From IMG/VR virus record IMGVR_UViG_3300046103_003349: a stretch of DNA of 64,000 nucleotides. The stretch is one strand, 5' to 3'. A program made the position numbers and the translations under genes. The notes below the pieces were generated by a model that was given only the letters and a program-made list of their open reading frames with translations, searched no databases and was not told the origin of the DNA. The DNA comes from an uncultured virus (IMG/VR IMGVR_UViG_3300046103_003349). Lineage: Duplodnaviria > Heunggongvirae > Uroviricota > Caudoviricetes. Positions 8,903 through 18,255 of this stretch are shown in pieces. How positions within the stretch are numbered: position 1 is the first letter of the stretch; every line of letters starts with the position of its first letter.

Positions 8903-9847
8903 CTATTTAGAAAAGTATGCTCCAAAAAATATACCTCCTATTAATGCTAATAAAGTTAATTCTCCACTATTATTATCTTCTCTTCCTTTTTTAAATTTTA
9001 TTGCATTTGACTCTCCTTCTAAACGAGTTTCAATTTTTTCATCACATTTATCTTTAGTGATGGTTTCTTTTCTTAAAGCACCTTTTTCTTTCTTTAGTTT
9101 AGCAATTGCTTTGTCTTTATCTCTTCGTAGTTTTACATATCTATCTCTGTCAATTTTTCCTTTTACAGAACCTCCTCTTGCAAAACTTCCATCTTTTTTT
9201 AGAACTACAAAATCTTTTTCTTTGTAACCCTCATTTTTAAGTTGTGTAATAATCTGCTCTATACTATCAAAAGAATTTTCATCTTCTTTATTTTGTTGAT
9301 AAATATGAACTTTATCTCCTTTTATGTCATAGGTATAGTATTTTCTTTGAGTTGTTTTACCCCCTTTAGCTATACTTTGATTGGTTGCAGTATTTAAAGT
9401 ATTGAAATATTTTTTTGATAATGGTTTTACAAACTCACCTTTAGCAAACATTTTATCTCCTTTATCCATAGTACCTACACTTGAATATGCTCTACGACCA
9501 AGAGTTTTGTTACCTGCCTTACTTTCATCTCTCCTGTCTTTTAAAGATTGACTATATCCACTCTCTCTTCCTAATCTACTTCCTAAATCTTCATTTAACT
9601 TATCGTTAAAACCTTGAGTTTCAGTTTCTCCTCCTTTAGCCATTTTTTTCTTTTTAGCAATTTTTTGCATATTTAAAGCAAATTGACCTCTTTTACGAGT
9701 TGTTTCAGAGTATTCACTTGGATTATTGGTTACTTCCATAGCAAAATCTTTTACTGACATTCCTTTCTTTTTTGCTTGTTTAGTAAAAGAGCCTTTTGTT
9801 CCTTTTTTTTCCATCTCTTTATCTACATTTTGAATCCAATCACTCAT
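8903..9847 (-). CDS. Basic multi-module protein with AKGG linkers and C-terminal TM
   Basis: MAKGG, FAKGE, IAKGG, FARGG separate short basic modules; LTLLALIGGIFFGAYF tail. Confidence 0.75.
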   Translation of the reverse strand: MSDWIQNVDKEMEKKGTKGSFTKQAKKKGMSVKDFAMEVTNNPSEYSETTRKRGQFALNMQKIAKKKKMAKGGETETQGFNDKLNEDLGSRLGRESGYSQSLKDRRDESKAGNKTLGRRAYSSVGTMDKGDKMFAKGEFVKPLSKKYFNTLNTATNQSIAKGGKTTQRKYYTYDIKGDKVHIYQQNKEDENSFDSIEQIITQLKNEGYKEKDFVVLKKDGSFARGGSVKGKIDRDRYVKLRRDKDKAIAKLKKEKGALRKETITKDKCDEKIETRLEGESNAIKFKKGREDNNSGELTLLALIGGIFFGAYFSK

Positions 9848-9849
9848 AA

Positions 9850-9948
9850 TTATTCTTTATTAAATATATTATTATACATATACCATAATCCTACTCCTAC
9901 TATTGACCAAAATACTATTCTTGGTTTTTTTTCTTTTTTATCTGACAT
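9850..9948 (-). CDS. Small TM peptide (32 aa; not in track)
   Basis: MSDKKEKKPRIVFWSIVGVGLWYMYNNIFNKE*; TAATG coupling. Confidence 0.55.
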   Translation of the reverse strand: MSDKKEKKPRIVFWSIVGVGLWYMYNNIFNKE

Positions 9949-10415
9949 TATTTCTCAGGATTAAAAGTCGCTTCAGGCAATTCAGGTCTTGGTGGTGCAG
10001 GTGCAGGTGCAGGAGTTGGTTCAGGCATTGATTGTGGAGTAGGTGTATAATCTACTTCTCCACCGTGGTCAAAATCCCTTCCATCTTCTTTTTCAAAGAA
10101 TAATTTATATCCTACATAAACTATACCTAATAAGATTAAAGCATCAAATATCTGTTTTTTATTTCTCTGAAAAAAACCTTGATTATTTGATAAATTTTTC
10201 TTTTTATATTCCTTGATACTACTTTTTTGCATCTCTTCTTCCCAATCTGATTTTCCGTTATCGCTAACTTCCATTGTTCCATCAACAAATTCATTATCTT
10301 CTTTTGCAGGTTCAGTAGCAGATTTAGTGAGTTTTTTATCTATATTACCCCACATCTCTTTTTCTTGCCTATCATCTACAAATCCATCAAAAGCAAATCC
10401 CGTATCTATACCCAT
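9948..10415 (-). CDS. Single-TM protein with Pro-rich C-terminus
   Basis: Acidic N-terminus (FAFDG), central TM, FDHGG, PAPAPAPP. Confidence 0.7.
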   Translation of the reverse strand: MGIDTGFAFDGFVDDRQEKEMWGNIDKKLTKSATEPAKEDNEFVDGTMEVSDNGKSDWEEEMQKSSIKEYKKKNLSNNQGFFQRNKKQIFDALILLGIVYVGYKLFFEKEDGRDFDHGGEVDYTPTPQSMPEPTPAPAPAPPRPELPEATFNPEK

Positions 10416-10434
10416 TTTATTTAAATTTTATTTA

Positions 10435-10551
10435 TTATCTTCCTGCTATATCCCTACCTTTTTGCCACCCATATCCAAGTGCAAAAAACATTGCTCCTGT
10501 TAGCACAAGAGATACTGCGAAAGTTCCTATGTTCATATTTTGTTTTGCCAT
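10435..10551 (-). CDS. Small TM peptide (38 aa; not in track)
   Basis: MAKQNMNIGTFAVSLVLTGAMFFALGYGWQKGRDIAGR*; similar to the C-terminal TM modules of 25056..25367 and 25408..25734. Confidence 0.65.
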   Translation of the reverse strand: MAKQNMNIGTFAVSLVLTGAMFFALGYGWQKGRDIAGR

Positions 10552-10575
10552 TTTATTTATTTTTATTATTAATAT

Positions 10576-11100
10576 TTAATTCCAATCATTACCATTAAAA
10601 GCGAATGTACTTGGGTCTATAGCATATTGTAGACTTGAATTTCCCCCTCCTGTTGGTACTATGTTAGTTAAGTTTGTACTATTTTCAGCCTGTGAACTAT
10701 TTTCTACTATTTGATTTACAATAAATGTATTGTAATATTCTTGACTTACCTCTCCAAATACTGCATTAGGAAAACTAATTTTAAAATCAGATAATGGTGA
10801 TTGTTCATTTTTAACTGCCTGTAAAGTTAAAGGACCAAATTTTCCATCTACATCTAATCCATAACTACCTTGATTATTTAAAAAACTTTGTAATTGTTTA
10901 ACTCTATCCCCTCCACTATTTAGTTTTAAAGGAAATGAGTCATTTTCATATAATCTATTTAATACTCTTTCAAATATATTATTATCATAGCTAACATTAC
11001 CCCCTCCTTTCATTTTATTTCTCTTAATAATATAATACACTCCTAATGCTGACCCAATAAGACCAACAGAAATTAAAGATATTTTAAGTGTTTTATTCAT
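10576..11100 (-). CDS. N-anchored protein with peptidoglycan-binding (PG_binding_1-like) domain
   Basis: FPLKLNSGGDRVKQLQSFLN...LDVDGKFGPLTLQAV. Confidence 0.8.
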   Translation of the reverse strand: MNKTLKISLISVGLIGSALGVYYIIKRNKMKGGGNVSYDNNIFERVLNRLYENDSFPLKLNSGGDRVKQLQSFLNNQGSYGLDVDGKFGPLTLQAVKNEQSPLSDFKISFPNAVFGEVSQEYYNTFIVNQIVENSSQAENSTNLTNIVPTGGGNSSLQYAIDPSTFAFNGNDWN

Positions 11101-11111
11101 TTATAATTATA

Positions 11112-12137
11112 TTAAAACCACATACTTTCTCCATTAAATCCTGAACCTGAAAATGCACTTGATGTAGTTGGAGATAAACAAGGTTCTGCAATTTGTGTAT
11201 TACTAGGACAGGCTTGTGAACTTAACCCTGAATAAGTAGATAAAGTTGAAGGACAAGTTTGCGACCAACAATTCATATTATATGTTGCAGGTGCTCCCGA
11301 TGTTGAAGGTATCGCAGGAACAAATGCTTGTGCAGGTGTACCTGCTGAATAAGGTATTGCAGGAACAAATGATTGTGCAGGAGTACCTGCTGAATAAGGT
11401 ATTGCAGGTGAACCTATTGTTGCAGGAGTACCTGCTGAATAAGGTATTGCAGGAACAAATGATTGTGCAGGTGTACCTGCTGAATAAGGTATTGCAGGTG
11501 AACCTATTGTTGCAGCTACATTATTATTAGGCTCTGTAATTTGTGTATTACTAGGGCAAGTTGGTGAACTTAATCCTGAATAAGTAGTTAAATTTGAAGG
11601 GTTTGTTTGCGACCAACAATTCATATCATAATTACAAGGACAATCTCCATTTGGATTACTTCCTGCATTTGTTGTTCCTGTACTTAAATTATTACTTTCA
11701 TTAGGATTATATGCAGGTGTTGAAGGTATCGCAGGAACAAATGCTTGAGCAGGTGTACCTGCTGAATATGGTATTGCAGGAACAAATGGTTGTGCAGGTG
11801 TACCCGATGTTGAAGGTATCGCAGGAACAAATGCTTGAGCAGGTGTACCTGCTGAATATGGTATTGCAGGAACAAATGGTTGTGCAGGAGTACCTGCTGA
11901 ATAAGGTATTGCAGGTGAACCTATAGTAGGTAATATTTGAGCATTTACTGATGATAATCCTGCACTTAATCCATTAGTAACATTTAGATTGGGTGTTGGT
12001 GTTGCAGGTCCTGTTGCAGGTCCTGTTGCAGGTCCCGTAGATATAGAGCCTCCTCCCATTCCCATTTGATTGAAAAATTCATCTTGTGAAATGTATGAGT
12101 TAAATCCATCTTGGTCGTTATTGTTTAAAAATGCCAT
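11112..12137 (-). CDS. Pro/Ala/Thr tandem-repeat protein with two Cys modules
   Basis: PAIPYSAGTPAQxFV repeats; duplicated MNCWSQTxPS..YSGLSS..CPSNTQIxEP; FFNQMG leader; ends WF. Confidence 0.75.
   Translation of the reverse strand: MAFLNNNDQDGFNSYISQDEFFNQMGMGGGSISTGPATGPATGPATPTPNLNVTNGLSAGLSSVNAQILPTIGSPAIPYSAGTPAQPFVPAIPYSAGTPAQAFVPAIPSTSGTPAQPFVPAIPYSAGTPAQAFVPAIPSTPAYNPNESNNLSTGTTNAGSNPNGDCPCNYDMNCWSQTNPSNLTTYSGLSSPTCPSNTQITEPNNNVAATIGSPAIPYSAGTPAQSFVPAIPYSAGTPATIGSPAIPYSAGTPAQSFVPAIPYSAGTPAQAFVPAIPSTSGAPATYNMNCWSQTCPSTLSTYSGLSSQACPSNTQIAEPCLSPTTSSAFSGSGFNGESMWF
11285..11925 (-). repeat. Intragenic tandem repeats (~45-nt unit) in two blocks
   Basis: Recurring ggtattgcaggaacaaat / gtacctgctgaata units. 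Confidence 0.85.
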
Positions 12138-12150
12138 TTGATTTTATTTT

Positions 12151-12795
12151 TTAGTAATCGTTATTTATAAATAATCCTCCATTAAAGCCTCTACTTACCT
12201 GTGAAGATGTTGAAGTTGTTGAACCTGTTACTCCTGTCGTACATCCTGATGTTGCTTGAGGATTGAAATTAGTTGCTAGAGGGTCATTACATCCTGAAAT
12301 GGGTAAACTTCCACATTGAGCAGGTGTTAATTGTGTATATTGAGGGCAATTTGGAGAGCCAATTACAGAATATGATTGCATAGCTTCAGGAACTCCCGGA
12401 CTTACACATCCTTGAGGGTAACAATTAACATTATATCCACAACTACCATCTTCAATAGTTGCTGAAGGATTGTAATTTAATGAATTAATATCAGTACATC
12501 CTAATATTTGAACAGGTGGATAAGAACAATTTTCAGCATCTATATTCGCTAATAGGTCGTAGTTATCTGCTAATGGGTCAGTACATCCTAATATTGGTGC
12601 TTCTACAATAATAGGAAGGGTATTATCAACCATTGGATAAGTACAAGAACCATCATCAGTATTTGCTAAATTATTAAAATTTGATGCTGAAGGGTCTATA
12701 CATCCTAATAACTCTGAAGGTGATTCATTCTTTTTGTTAAGGAATAAATAAGCGACTACACCTGCACCTATCAGACCCAATAAATTTTTGTCCAT
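12151..12795 (-). CDS. N-anchored protein with GC(T/I)D...N(Y/F)...A...DDGSC repeats
   Basis: Four copies (last partial) of the Cys repeat typical of marine Flavobacteria surface proteins. Confidence 0.75.
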   Translation of the reverse strand: MDKNLLGLIGAGVVAYLFLNKKNESPSELLGCIDPSASNFNNLANTDDGSCTYPMVDNTLPIIVEAPILGCTDPLADNYDLLANIDAENCSYPPVQILGCTDINSLNYNPSATIEDGSCGYNVNCYPQGCVSPGVPEAMQSYSVIGSPNCPQYTQLTPAQCGSLPISGCNDPLATNFNPQATSGCTTGVTGSTTSTSSQVSRGFNGGLFINNDY

Positions 12796-12801
12796 TTTTT
12801 T

Positions 12802-13020
12802 TTATTTTTTTAATTCCTCTTTTAATTGGTGGGCATCATTTTCATTAATATTATCAAGTATTGTTTGCGATGTGCCTGAAACAGGTGTGGTAGGGGAAGG
12901 ACTTAAATCTCCTAGTGAAGGGATTATCGGTTCTTCCTCTTGCTTTCGGCTTATTACTCTATAAAGAATAACAGATACAACAATTGCTGCTATGATATAT
13001 TTAGGTGATACTTTTTTCAA
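12802..13020 (-). CDS. N-anchored small membrane protein
   Basis: TTG start; YIIAAIVVSVILY. Confidence 0.55.
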   Translation of the reverse strand: MKKVSPKYIIAAIVVSVILYRVISRKQEEEPIIPSLGDLSPSPTTPVSGTSQTILDNINENDAHQLKEELKK

Positions 13021-13032
13021 TTTATTTTTTAT

Positions 13033-13245
13033 TTATGATTGAGATTCTTCTTGTCTTTTTCTTTCAGCAGCTTCGTGCTCTTCTCTTAATCTTGATTGGT
13101 AAGCCTCATTCTCTACTCTTTCTCTTTCTAAATCTGATGGTCTTTTACCTGAAAAATTAATTGTTCCGTATTGTCTTATTTCTGCACCTGTCCATCCTAA
13201 TTTTGTATAATGTTTGTGCATTAAATGTTTTTGTCTTGCGTTCAT
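13033..13245 (-). CDS. Hypothetical protein, charged coiled-coil tail
   Basis: INFSG motif followed by an E/R-rich helix. Confidence 0.55.
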   Translation of the reverse strand: MNARQKHLMHKHYTKLGWTGAEIRQYGTINFSGKRPSDLERERVENEAYQSRLREEHEAAERKRQEESQS

Positions 13246-13287
13246 TTTTTTTAATTTAAATTTATTACTTTATTATTTACTCTTTAT

Positions 13288-13545
13288 TTACTCTTTCCAA
13301 AATTTTACAACTGCCGTTATTATTAAACCCCAAATTGTTGTTATAGCAGTTATACCTCCCATAATCTTGTTCTTATAATTCTTATCGTTATTAATATAAT
13401 CAGAATGTTCATTAACCTGTTCTATCAATCCCGTTTGTCCAAAATCTTTATCTCCACATACTGCATTTGCCAATCTTTCTAACAATACACCTTGTTTTTT
13501 TATTTCTTGTTTAATGTATGTTATGTTTTCCTTTTGTGTTGCCAT
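13288..13545 (-). CDS. Coiled-coil + C-terminal TM protein (holin/XhlA-like architecture)
   Basis: Helical N-terminus, GLIEQV, C-terminal TM. Confidence 0.55.
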   Translation of the reverse strand: MATQKENITYIKQEIKKQGVLLERLANAVCGDKDFGQTGLIEQVNEHSDYINNDKNYKNKIMGGITAITTIWGLIITAVVKFWKE

Positions 13546-13547
13546 AA

Positions 13548-13841
13548 TTACATTGCCACTATATGTCCTGTACTACCTGCAAGTGCAGTTATTGTTAAAT
13601 CCCCTAAATTTAATCCATTAGGAGTTTGAATTGTTATACTTTCATTTGTTGTTAAAGTTATAGCATCAGGCAAAGTTCCATTAACTCCTCCTGTTCCTAG
13701 AACCGTGATTCCTCCTAATCCTCCATTATCTGTCTTACATAAGATTGATATATAGGATTGTCCTGATTCCGTTCTAACCGTTACAGTAGTTCCTGCGGTT
13801 AATTGCTTAGTGAAAATTCTGTTCATATTTAAATTACTCAT
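13548..13841 (-). CDS. Small beta-strand-rich protein, candidate minor capsid/vertex protein
   Basis: Alternating T/V/I strands with Gly turns, no TM. Confidence 0.45.
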   Translation of the reverse strand: MSNLNMNRIFTKQLTAGTTVTVRTESGQSYISILCKTDNGGLGGITVLGTGGVNGTLPDAITLTTNESITIQTPNGLNLGDLTITALAGSTGHIVAM

Positions 13842-13854
13842 ACTTTTTATTTTT

Positions 13855-14295
13855 TTATTCTACTTGTCCTAATACTTCTTCAGGGTTATTAAATAACCAA
13901 TTAAAAGAAACTTGTTTAAAAAATTCATTATTGTGGTAAGCTAAAATATATACTTTATCAGCATCACTATCTTTTGTTACTATTACTGATGACATCTCAT
14001 TAACATCTGTATTTTTTTCATCTGCCAACCTAACTATTGATTTCTGTAAAAAAGGAGCAGTTAAAAACTCTCTTTGTTTAAAATCAAACTTTACATCTAA
14101 AATTTGATTGAATGTTAAGTCGCTAATTTTTTGATAATCTTTCATATAAGAATATAGAACTTGCTCACCATTAAATTTGATAACAAGTTGAATATTTTTA
14201 GCATCACAATCATTCTTATCAGATAATCTTTTTAATGCATTTCTCATTATATCAATTGCTGACTCAACTATTTGTGTTTTTATTGCCGTATTCAT
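13855..14295 (-). CDS. Hypothetical soluble protein
   Basis: Intact ORF with its own TAnnTTTG box upstream. Confidence 0.6.
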   Translation of the reverse strand: MNTAIKTQIVESAIDIMRNALKRLSDKNDCDAKNIQLVIKFNGEQVLYSYMKDYQKISDLTFNQILDVKFDFKQREFLTAPFLQKSIVRLADEKNTDVNEMSSVIVTKDSDADKVYILAYHNNEFFKQVSFNWLFNNPEEVLGQVE

Positions 14296-14312
14296 CTTTT
14301 AGTTTTTATTTT

Positions 14313-14320
14313 CAAAAATA
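14313..14320 (-). promoter_or_regulatory. Bacteroidota-type -7 promoter box TATTTTTG
   Basis: TAnnTTTG in intergenic DNA ~18 nt upstream of ATG 14295. Confidence 0.45.
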
Positions 14321-14347
14321 ATAAAAAAAATTTTATTTCCTATGTTT

Positions 14348-14854
14348 TTAATCTCTTTTCAATTTATCTATTAACTCCTTAGTTGTTGCTGATACTTCTA
14401 TTGGTAAATTTTTAATATTAACTAATCCTGCTTTTACATTTACAATACCTTTTAATGTAGCTTTACTTTGTGTAGAATCAATTAAATTCTCAATAATAGA
14501 TGATACACTTAATGAAAATGCAATTTTTGAATCTGCATTAACTATAAAAGGTATAATAACAGATTTTTTTGCAGGAATATTATAAATAGTATTATCATCT
14601 TCTGCTTTTCCAATTACCTTACCATCAAGTAAAACATCAAATTTATATCCTTTTATTTCTATATTAAAATCAGAAATATTTGTAAACTTTATTTTAGCCT
14701 CTATTTTTGCAATATTATTTTCACTTCCTAAATAAGTAAAAGTTAATAGATTATATCCAAATGAAGATAATAATTTTTTCTGCCTAATTAAATAAGATGC
14801 AATACCTATTATAGTAATACCTAAAATCCCAAAAGATATGTACTTAAAATTCAT
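14348..14854 (-). CDS. N-anchored LEA_2/WHy-like beta-sandwich protein
   Basis: TM, then IKFTNISDFNIEIKGYKFDVLLDGKVIG...IPAKKSVIIPF. Confidence 0.7.
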   Translation of the reverse strand: MNFKYISFGILGITIIGIASYLIRQKKLLSSFGYNLLTFTYLGSENNIAKIEAKIKFTNISDFNIEIKGYKFDVLLDGKVIGKAEDDNTIYNIPAKKSVIIPFIVNADSKIAFSLSVSSIIENLIDSTQSKATLKGIVNVKAGLVNIKNLPIEVSATTKELIDKLKRD

Positions 14855-15534
14855 TATCTTACCTTAAATGCCATATATCCTAAACTCAATACAACTCCAC
14901 TTACTAGAACCCATCCTATTACTTTTCCTGTTGTTCCAATTCCTGCTTGTGTAGTAGTAGTAGTAGTAGTAGGAAGGTCAAGAAGTTGAGGAGTGTTACT
15001 TACTGTATTGCCTACACCACCTGTATTGAAACCTGTTTGTAATGCTCCTGTTAAACCATCAATGTAGGAGGTTATAGTATTAGCAGTATTTTGTTTTTTA
15101 TCTAAAATTTCCTGCGATGATAAACAAGCATTATTTGAATTCTTTATCCATCCTGATGGTTGTTTTCCTGTTTCAAATCTATCTCCACTAACAGAACCAT
15201 TAGTACAAGTATAGTATGTTGTCATTCCATCTCTGTCAAATAAACCTGACCAAAAACCTCCTGCATTATTCCAACCTGTACTTTCTGTTCCATCATTTGA
15301 CCATTGACTACCATCAAAACTATTAAAATCAGCAGGTGGATAATCATATACTCTATCGTTAGAGTCAAAGTGTGCAGGTGTTCCATTTAAACCATCTCCT
15401 TGAAAACAATCATCATTTTGGCAATTAGCATTATTGTCAGGATTACCTCTTAGACCATAAGGATTAGGCATTGGTGGATTAAAAATATAATTATTATCAT
15501 CACCCATAAAATTTAAAAACTTATTATCTTTCAT
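14854..15534 (-). CDS. Tail-anchored protein with several aromatic-N-x-x-G motifs
   Basis: FLNFMG, FNSFDG, WNNAGGFWSGLF; Thr run; C-terminal TM. Confidence 0.75.
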   Translation of the reverse strand: MKDNKFLNFMGDDNNYIFNPPMPNPYGLRGNPDNNANCQNDDCFQGDGLNGTPAHFDSNDRVYDYPPADFNSFDGSQWSNDGTESTGWNNAGGFWSGLFDRDGMTTYYTCTNGSVSGDRFETGKQPSGWIKNSNNACLSSQEILDKKQNTANTITSYIDGLTGALQTGFNTGGVGNTVSNTPQLLDLPTTTTTTTQAGIGTTGKVIGWVLVSGVVLSLGYMAFKVR

Positions 15535-15540
15535 ATCTTT

Positions 15541-15795
15541 TTATTTTTTTCTTTTTATTAATAAATATACTGCAACTAATCCTACTGCACCTATACCTAT
15601 ATATAAAGGGGTATTATTAGTTTTATTATTATTTACAATTGGTAAAGAATTTAAAGTGCCATTATTTTTAGCATCAACATATTCTTCAACAGTTAAACCT
15701 TTTGCAATCTGCTCTGCTTTTATCTTAGCAACTCTATCTCGCATCTGCTTTTTAACCTTCTCTTTCATTTTTTTAATTGAATCTCCCCACCCCAT
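15541..15795 (-). CDS. Tail-anchored small protein
   Basis: C-terminal LYIGIGAVGLVAVYLLI-KRKK. Confidence 0.7.
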   Translation of the reverse strand: MGWGDSIKKMKEKVKKQMRDRVAKIKAEQIAKGLTVEEYVDAKNNGTLNSLPIVNNNKTNNTPLYIGIGAVGLVAVYLLIKRKK

Positions 15796-15799
15796 AATC

Positions 15800-16315
15800 T
15801 TATTTTTTTACTATATAATATATTGCAATAGCACCTATTACCAATGCAATAGTTTTATCTATACACTTTTCTTCTCCTTGAATTTTAAATGGAATAGTAA
15901 ATTCTTCACTTCCACAACCATTTTGTGTAGGCATAGTTGGAGCAGGTAATGGATTAATAGGTAGGTTTTCTATAGGTTGGTTTTCTATCATTTGACTAAT
16001 ATTATTTTGCATACATTTATCCATCCAATCTTGTTTTGCCTCTTCTGAAGCAAATCTCATAGTTGCTGCCTGTCCTTGACAAAAACTTGTATTTTTAGGG
16101 TCTATATATCCTACATCATTTGCAATTTCTGTTGCCGTAGCATTTGGCGATGGTAAGCCTTGTGAAACCTGTGGAATAATATTTCCTATTGGTATCACCC
16201 CTCTATCTACAATAAAATTTCCTTGATTATCTTGAGGGCATCCTCCATATATATCATCACAAGGCATCCCTTGATATGTTTCTCCTGATTGACTAAACCA
16301 TAAATTTGTTTGCAT
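15800..16315 (-). CDS. Tail-anchored Cys/Pro protein with LWFSQSG leader
   Basis: MQTNLWFSQSG; C-terminal TM + KK. Confidence 0.72.
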   Translation of the reverse strand: MQTNLWFSQSGETYQGMPCDDIYGGCPQDNQGNFIVDRGVIPIGNIIPQVSQGLPSPNATATEIANDVGYIDPKNTSFCQGQAATMRFASEEAKQDWMDKCMQNNISQMIENQPIENLPINPLPAPTMPTQNGCGSEEFTIPFKIQGEEKCIDKTIALVIGAIAIYYIVKK

Positions 16316-16321
16316 AATTTT

Positions 16322-16909
16322 TTATTTTATATATTTTTGATAAGCCATTAGACCTACCAATCCTGCTACTACTCCTATCCAATAATTCTTTTCACTAAAA
16401 ATACTTCCATAGCTATTTAATCCTGAAGTTCCTGATGCATTTGCATAATTTGGGTTTGAAATAGCAGATTGTCCTGACCCTCCACAATTTTCTAAAGAGT
16501 ATTGGGTTATAAATGCTAATTTACTACTCAATTTTTGTTGCCATAAAGGGTTAGTTCCTGCACTCTGCAATTGATTTAGTTTATTTCTTAAAATATTCTT
16601 TCTGTTATTCAAGAAACTACAACCAAACTGATTATATCCACTAATCATATTTGCTTGAAAATTACTACTCACTCCTGTTGGTGGTGGTGTAGGTCCTCCT
16701 GTTGATGGTGGTGGTGGTGTAGGTCCTCCTGTTGATGGTGGTGGTGGTGTAGGTCCTCCTGTTGATGGTGGTGCACATAAAGGTGCCATTGCGTTAGGAT
16801 GACTTGGTGGGCAACTTCCTGAAGAGTAAATTCCTTGTGGATTGGGACAACTACCGAAACAATTTGGGGCAGGTGTACTAGCTAAGTTAAACCATAATTC
16901 TTTTTGCAT
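16322..16909 (-). CDS. Tail-anchored protein, LWFN leader, PPPPSTGGPT repeats
   Basis: 30-nt tandem repeat at ~16676-16772; YANASG; TM module shared with 16916..17350. Confidence 0.75.
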   Translation of the reverse strand: MQKELWFNLASTPAPNCFGSCPNPQGIYSSGSCPPSHPNAMAPLCAPPSTGGPTPPPPSTGGPTPPPPSTGGPTPPPTGVSSNFQANMISGYNQFGCSFLNNRKNILRNKLNQLQSAGTNPLWQQKLSSKLAFITQYSLENCGGSGQSAISNPNYANASGTSGLNSYGSIFSEKNYWIGVVAGLVGLMAYQKYIK

Positions 16910-16915
16910 AATTTT

Positions 16916-17350
16916 TTATTTTATATATTTTTGATAAGCCATTAGACCTACAACTCCTGCTACTACTCCTATCCAATAATTCTTTTCACTAAAAACACTT
17001 CCATATCCTCCACTATGTGATGCTCCTTGCATTATTGTTCCATCAGGCATTGTGTGAGTTTCATTCCCATTAGCACCAACAAAAACTTGATTATTTAGAC
17101 CATTATTTGCCCATTGAACTTGATTGTTTAAAGGAATTTGACCTCCTCCTTGAAATGAACGAAATGCTTGTCTTTGACCTCTTGGACCATAATTAGTTGA
17201 ACCCATTGAAGGAACTCCTCTTGTTTTTGACACATTTGATACTCTATTGTCATCTCTAGGTACTTCAACACAAATACCTGATTGACATTCATAATTACAA
17301 TTAGGTCCACAAGTTGGACACGCCAACATACTACTGCAAGTTATACTCAT
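16916..17350 (-). CDS. Chimeric tail-anchored protein (Cys-rich N-module + shared TM module)
   Basis: N-half nearly identical to 25408..25734; C-terminus nearly identical to 16322..16909. Confidence 0.8.
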   Translation of the reverse strand: MSITCSSMLACPTCGPNCNYECQSGICVEVPRDDNRVSNVSKTRGVPSMGSTNYGPRGQRQAFRSFQGGGQIPLNNQVQWANNGLNNQVFVGANGNETHTMPDGTIMQGASHSGGYGSVFSEKNYWIGVVAGVVGLMAYQKYIK

Positions 17351-17392
17351 TTTATTTATTTTTTAGTTATTTATTTATTTATTTTTTATTTA

Positions 17393-18142
17393 TTAAAACC
17401 AAGTTCTATCTTCATAACCACCAAAACCTTGCTCATTGAAATTACTATATCCACTAAAAGATGATGTTGATGGACTCGTTGGTGCACTACCTCCACAACC
17501 TGTATTAGCGAGAGAATTATAATTTGCAGCATTTGGGTCAGTACATCCTGTAATAATACCTATACAACTTCCATCATCTACATTTGCAAGAGGATTGTAG
17601 TTTGTGCTATTTAATGAAGTACAACCCATAACAGGTGCTATACAACTTCCATCATCTACATTTGCATTTGCATTATAGTTTGTGCTTCCTACTGTCATAC
17701 AACCCGGAATTGCCCCAATACAACTGCCATTATCACAAGTTGCTGATGCATCATAATTTATAGCATTAGGCTCCATACAACCTGCATAGCTACAAGGACA
17801 AGAATTTAGTGTGGAAGTACAAGTTGGATATGTACTTGGTGTACTTGTTGGTAAAGTTGATATACCTGTTCCTACTGTAGTACCTCCACCTATTCCTGAT
17901 TGGTTATAAAAGTTTCCCTGTGCTCTTCTTGAGCCTGTTCTTGCTACTTCTGTGCATTTATTATCAACACAATTACAATTACAATTAGGACCACAAGTTG
18001 CACAACCTCCGTGAAATATTCCATTTATATTTCCACATACACCTTCACAACCTGAATTACTCATCATTCTTGAGCCTACTGCATTTGAAAAACCCGAATC
18101 TAACCAATCTGCTCCTCTATCATTACTTTCTAAAAATCCCAT
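17393..18142 (-). CDS. Cys-rich protein with GC...NY...DDGSC repeats
   Basis: Four repeats (last partial); FSNAVG, FYNQSG; CATCGPNC module; ends WF. Confidence 0.75.
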   Translation of the reverse strand: MGFLESNDRGADWLDSGFSNAVGSRMMSNSGCEGVCGNINGIFHGGCATCGPNCNCNCVDNKCTEVARTGSRRAQGNFYNQSGIGGGTTVGTGISTLPTSTPSTYPTCTSTLNSCPCSYAGCMEPNAINYDASATCDNGSCIGAIPGCMTVGSTNYNANANVDDGSCIAPVMGCTSLNSTNYNPLANVDDGSCIGIITGCTDPNAANYNSLANTGCGGSAPTSPSTSSFSGYSNFNEQGFGGYEDRTWF

Positions 18143-18188
18143 ATTTATTTATTTTTAATTATTTATTTCTTTTTAATACTTATTTTAA

Positions 18189-18252
18189 TAAGGGGAGAGA
18201 AAGGGGACACACCCTCCCCGTTACTTTTACAAGTTATCTCTCCTCTTTTTTT
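18189..18252. terminator. GC-rich intergenic stem-loop (terminator or structured element)
   Basis: aggggagaga...tctctcctct outer stem enclosing gggga...tcccc in very AT-rich DNA. Confidence 0.45.
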
Positions 18253-18255
18253 CAT

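Noticed and set aside
11246..11926. Repetitive ORFs in alternative frames, and a possible CRISPR-like array
   Set aside because: The units are in-frame coding repeats without unique spacers, and no cas genes are present.
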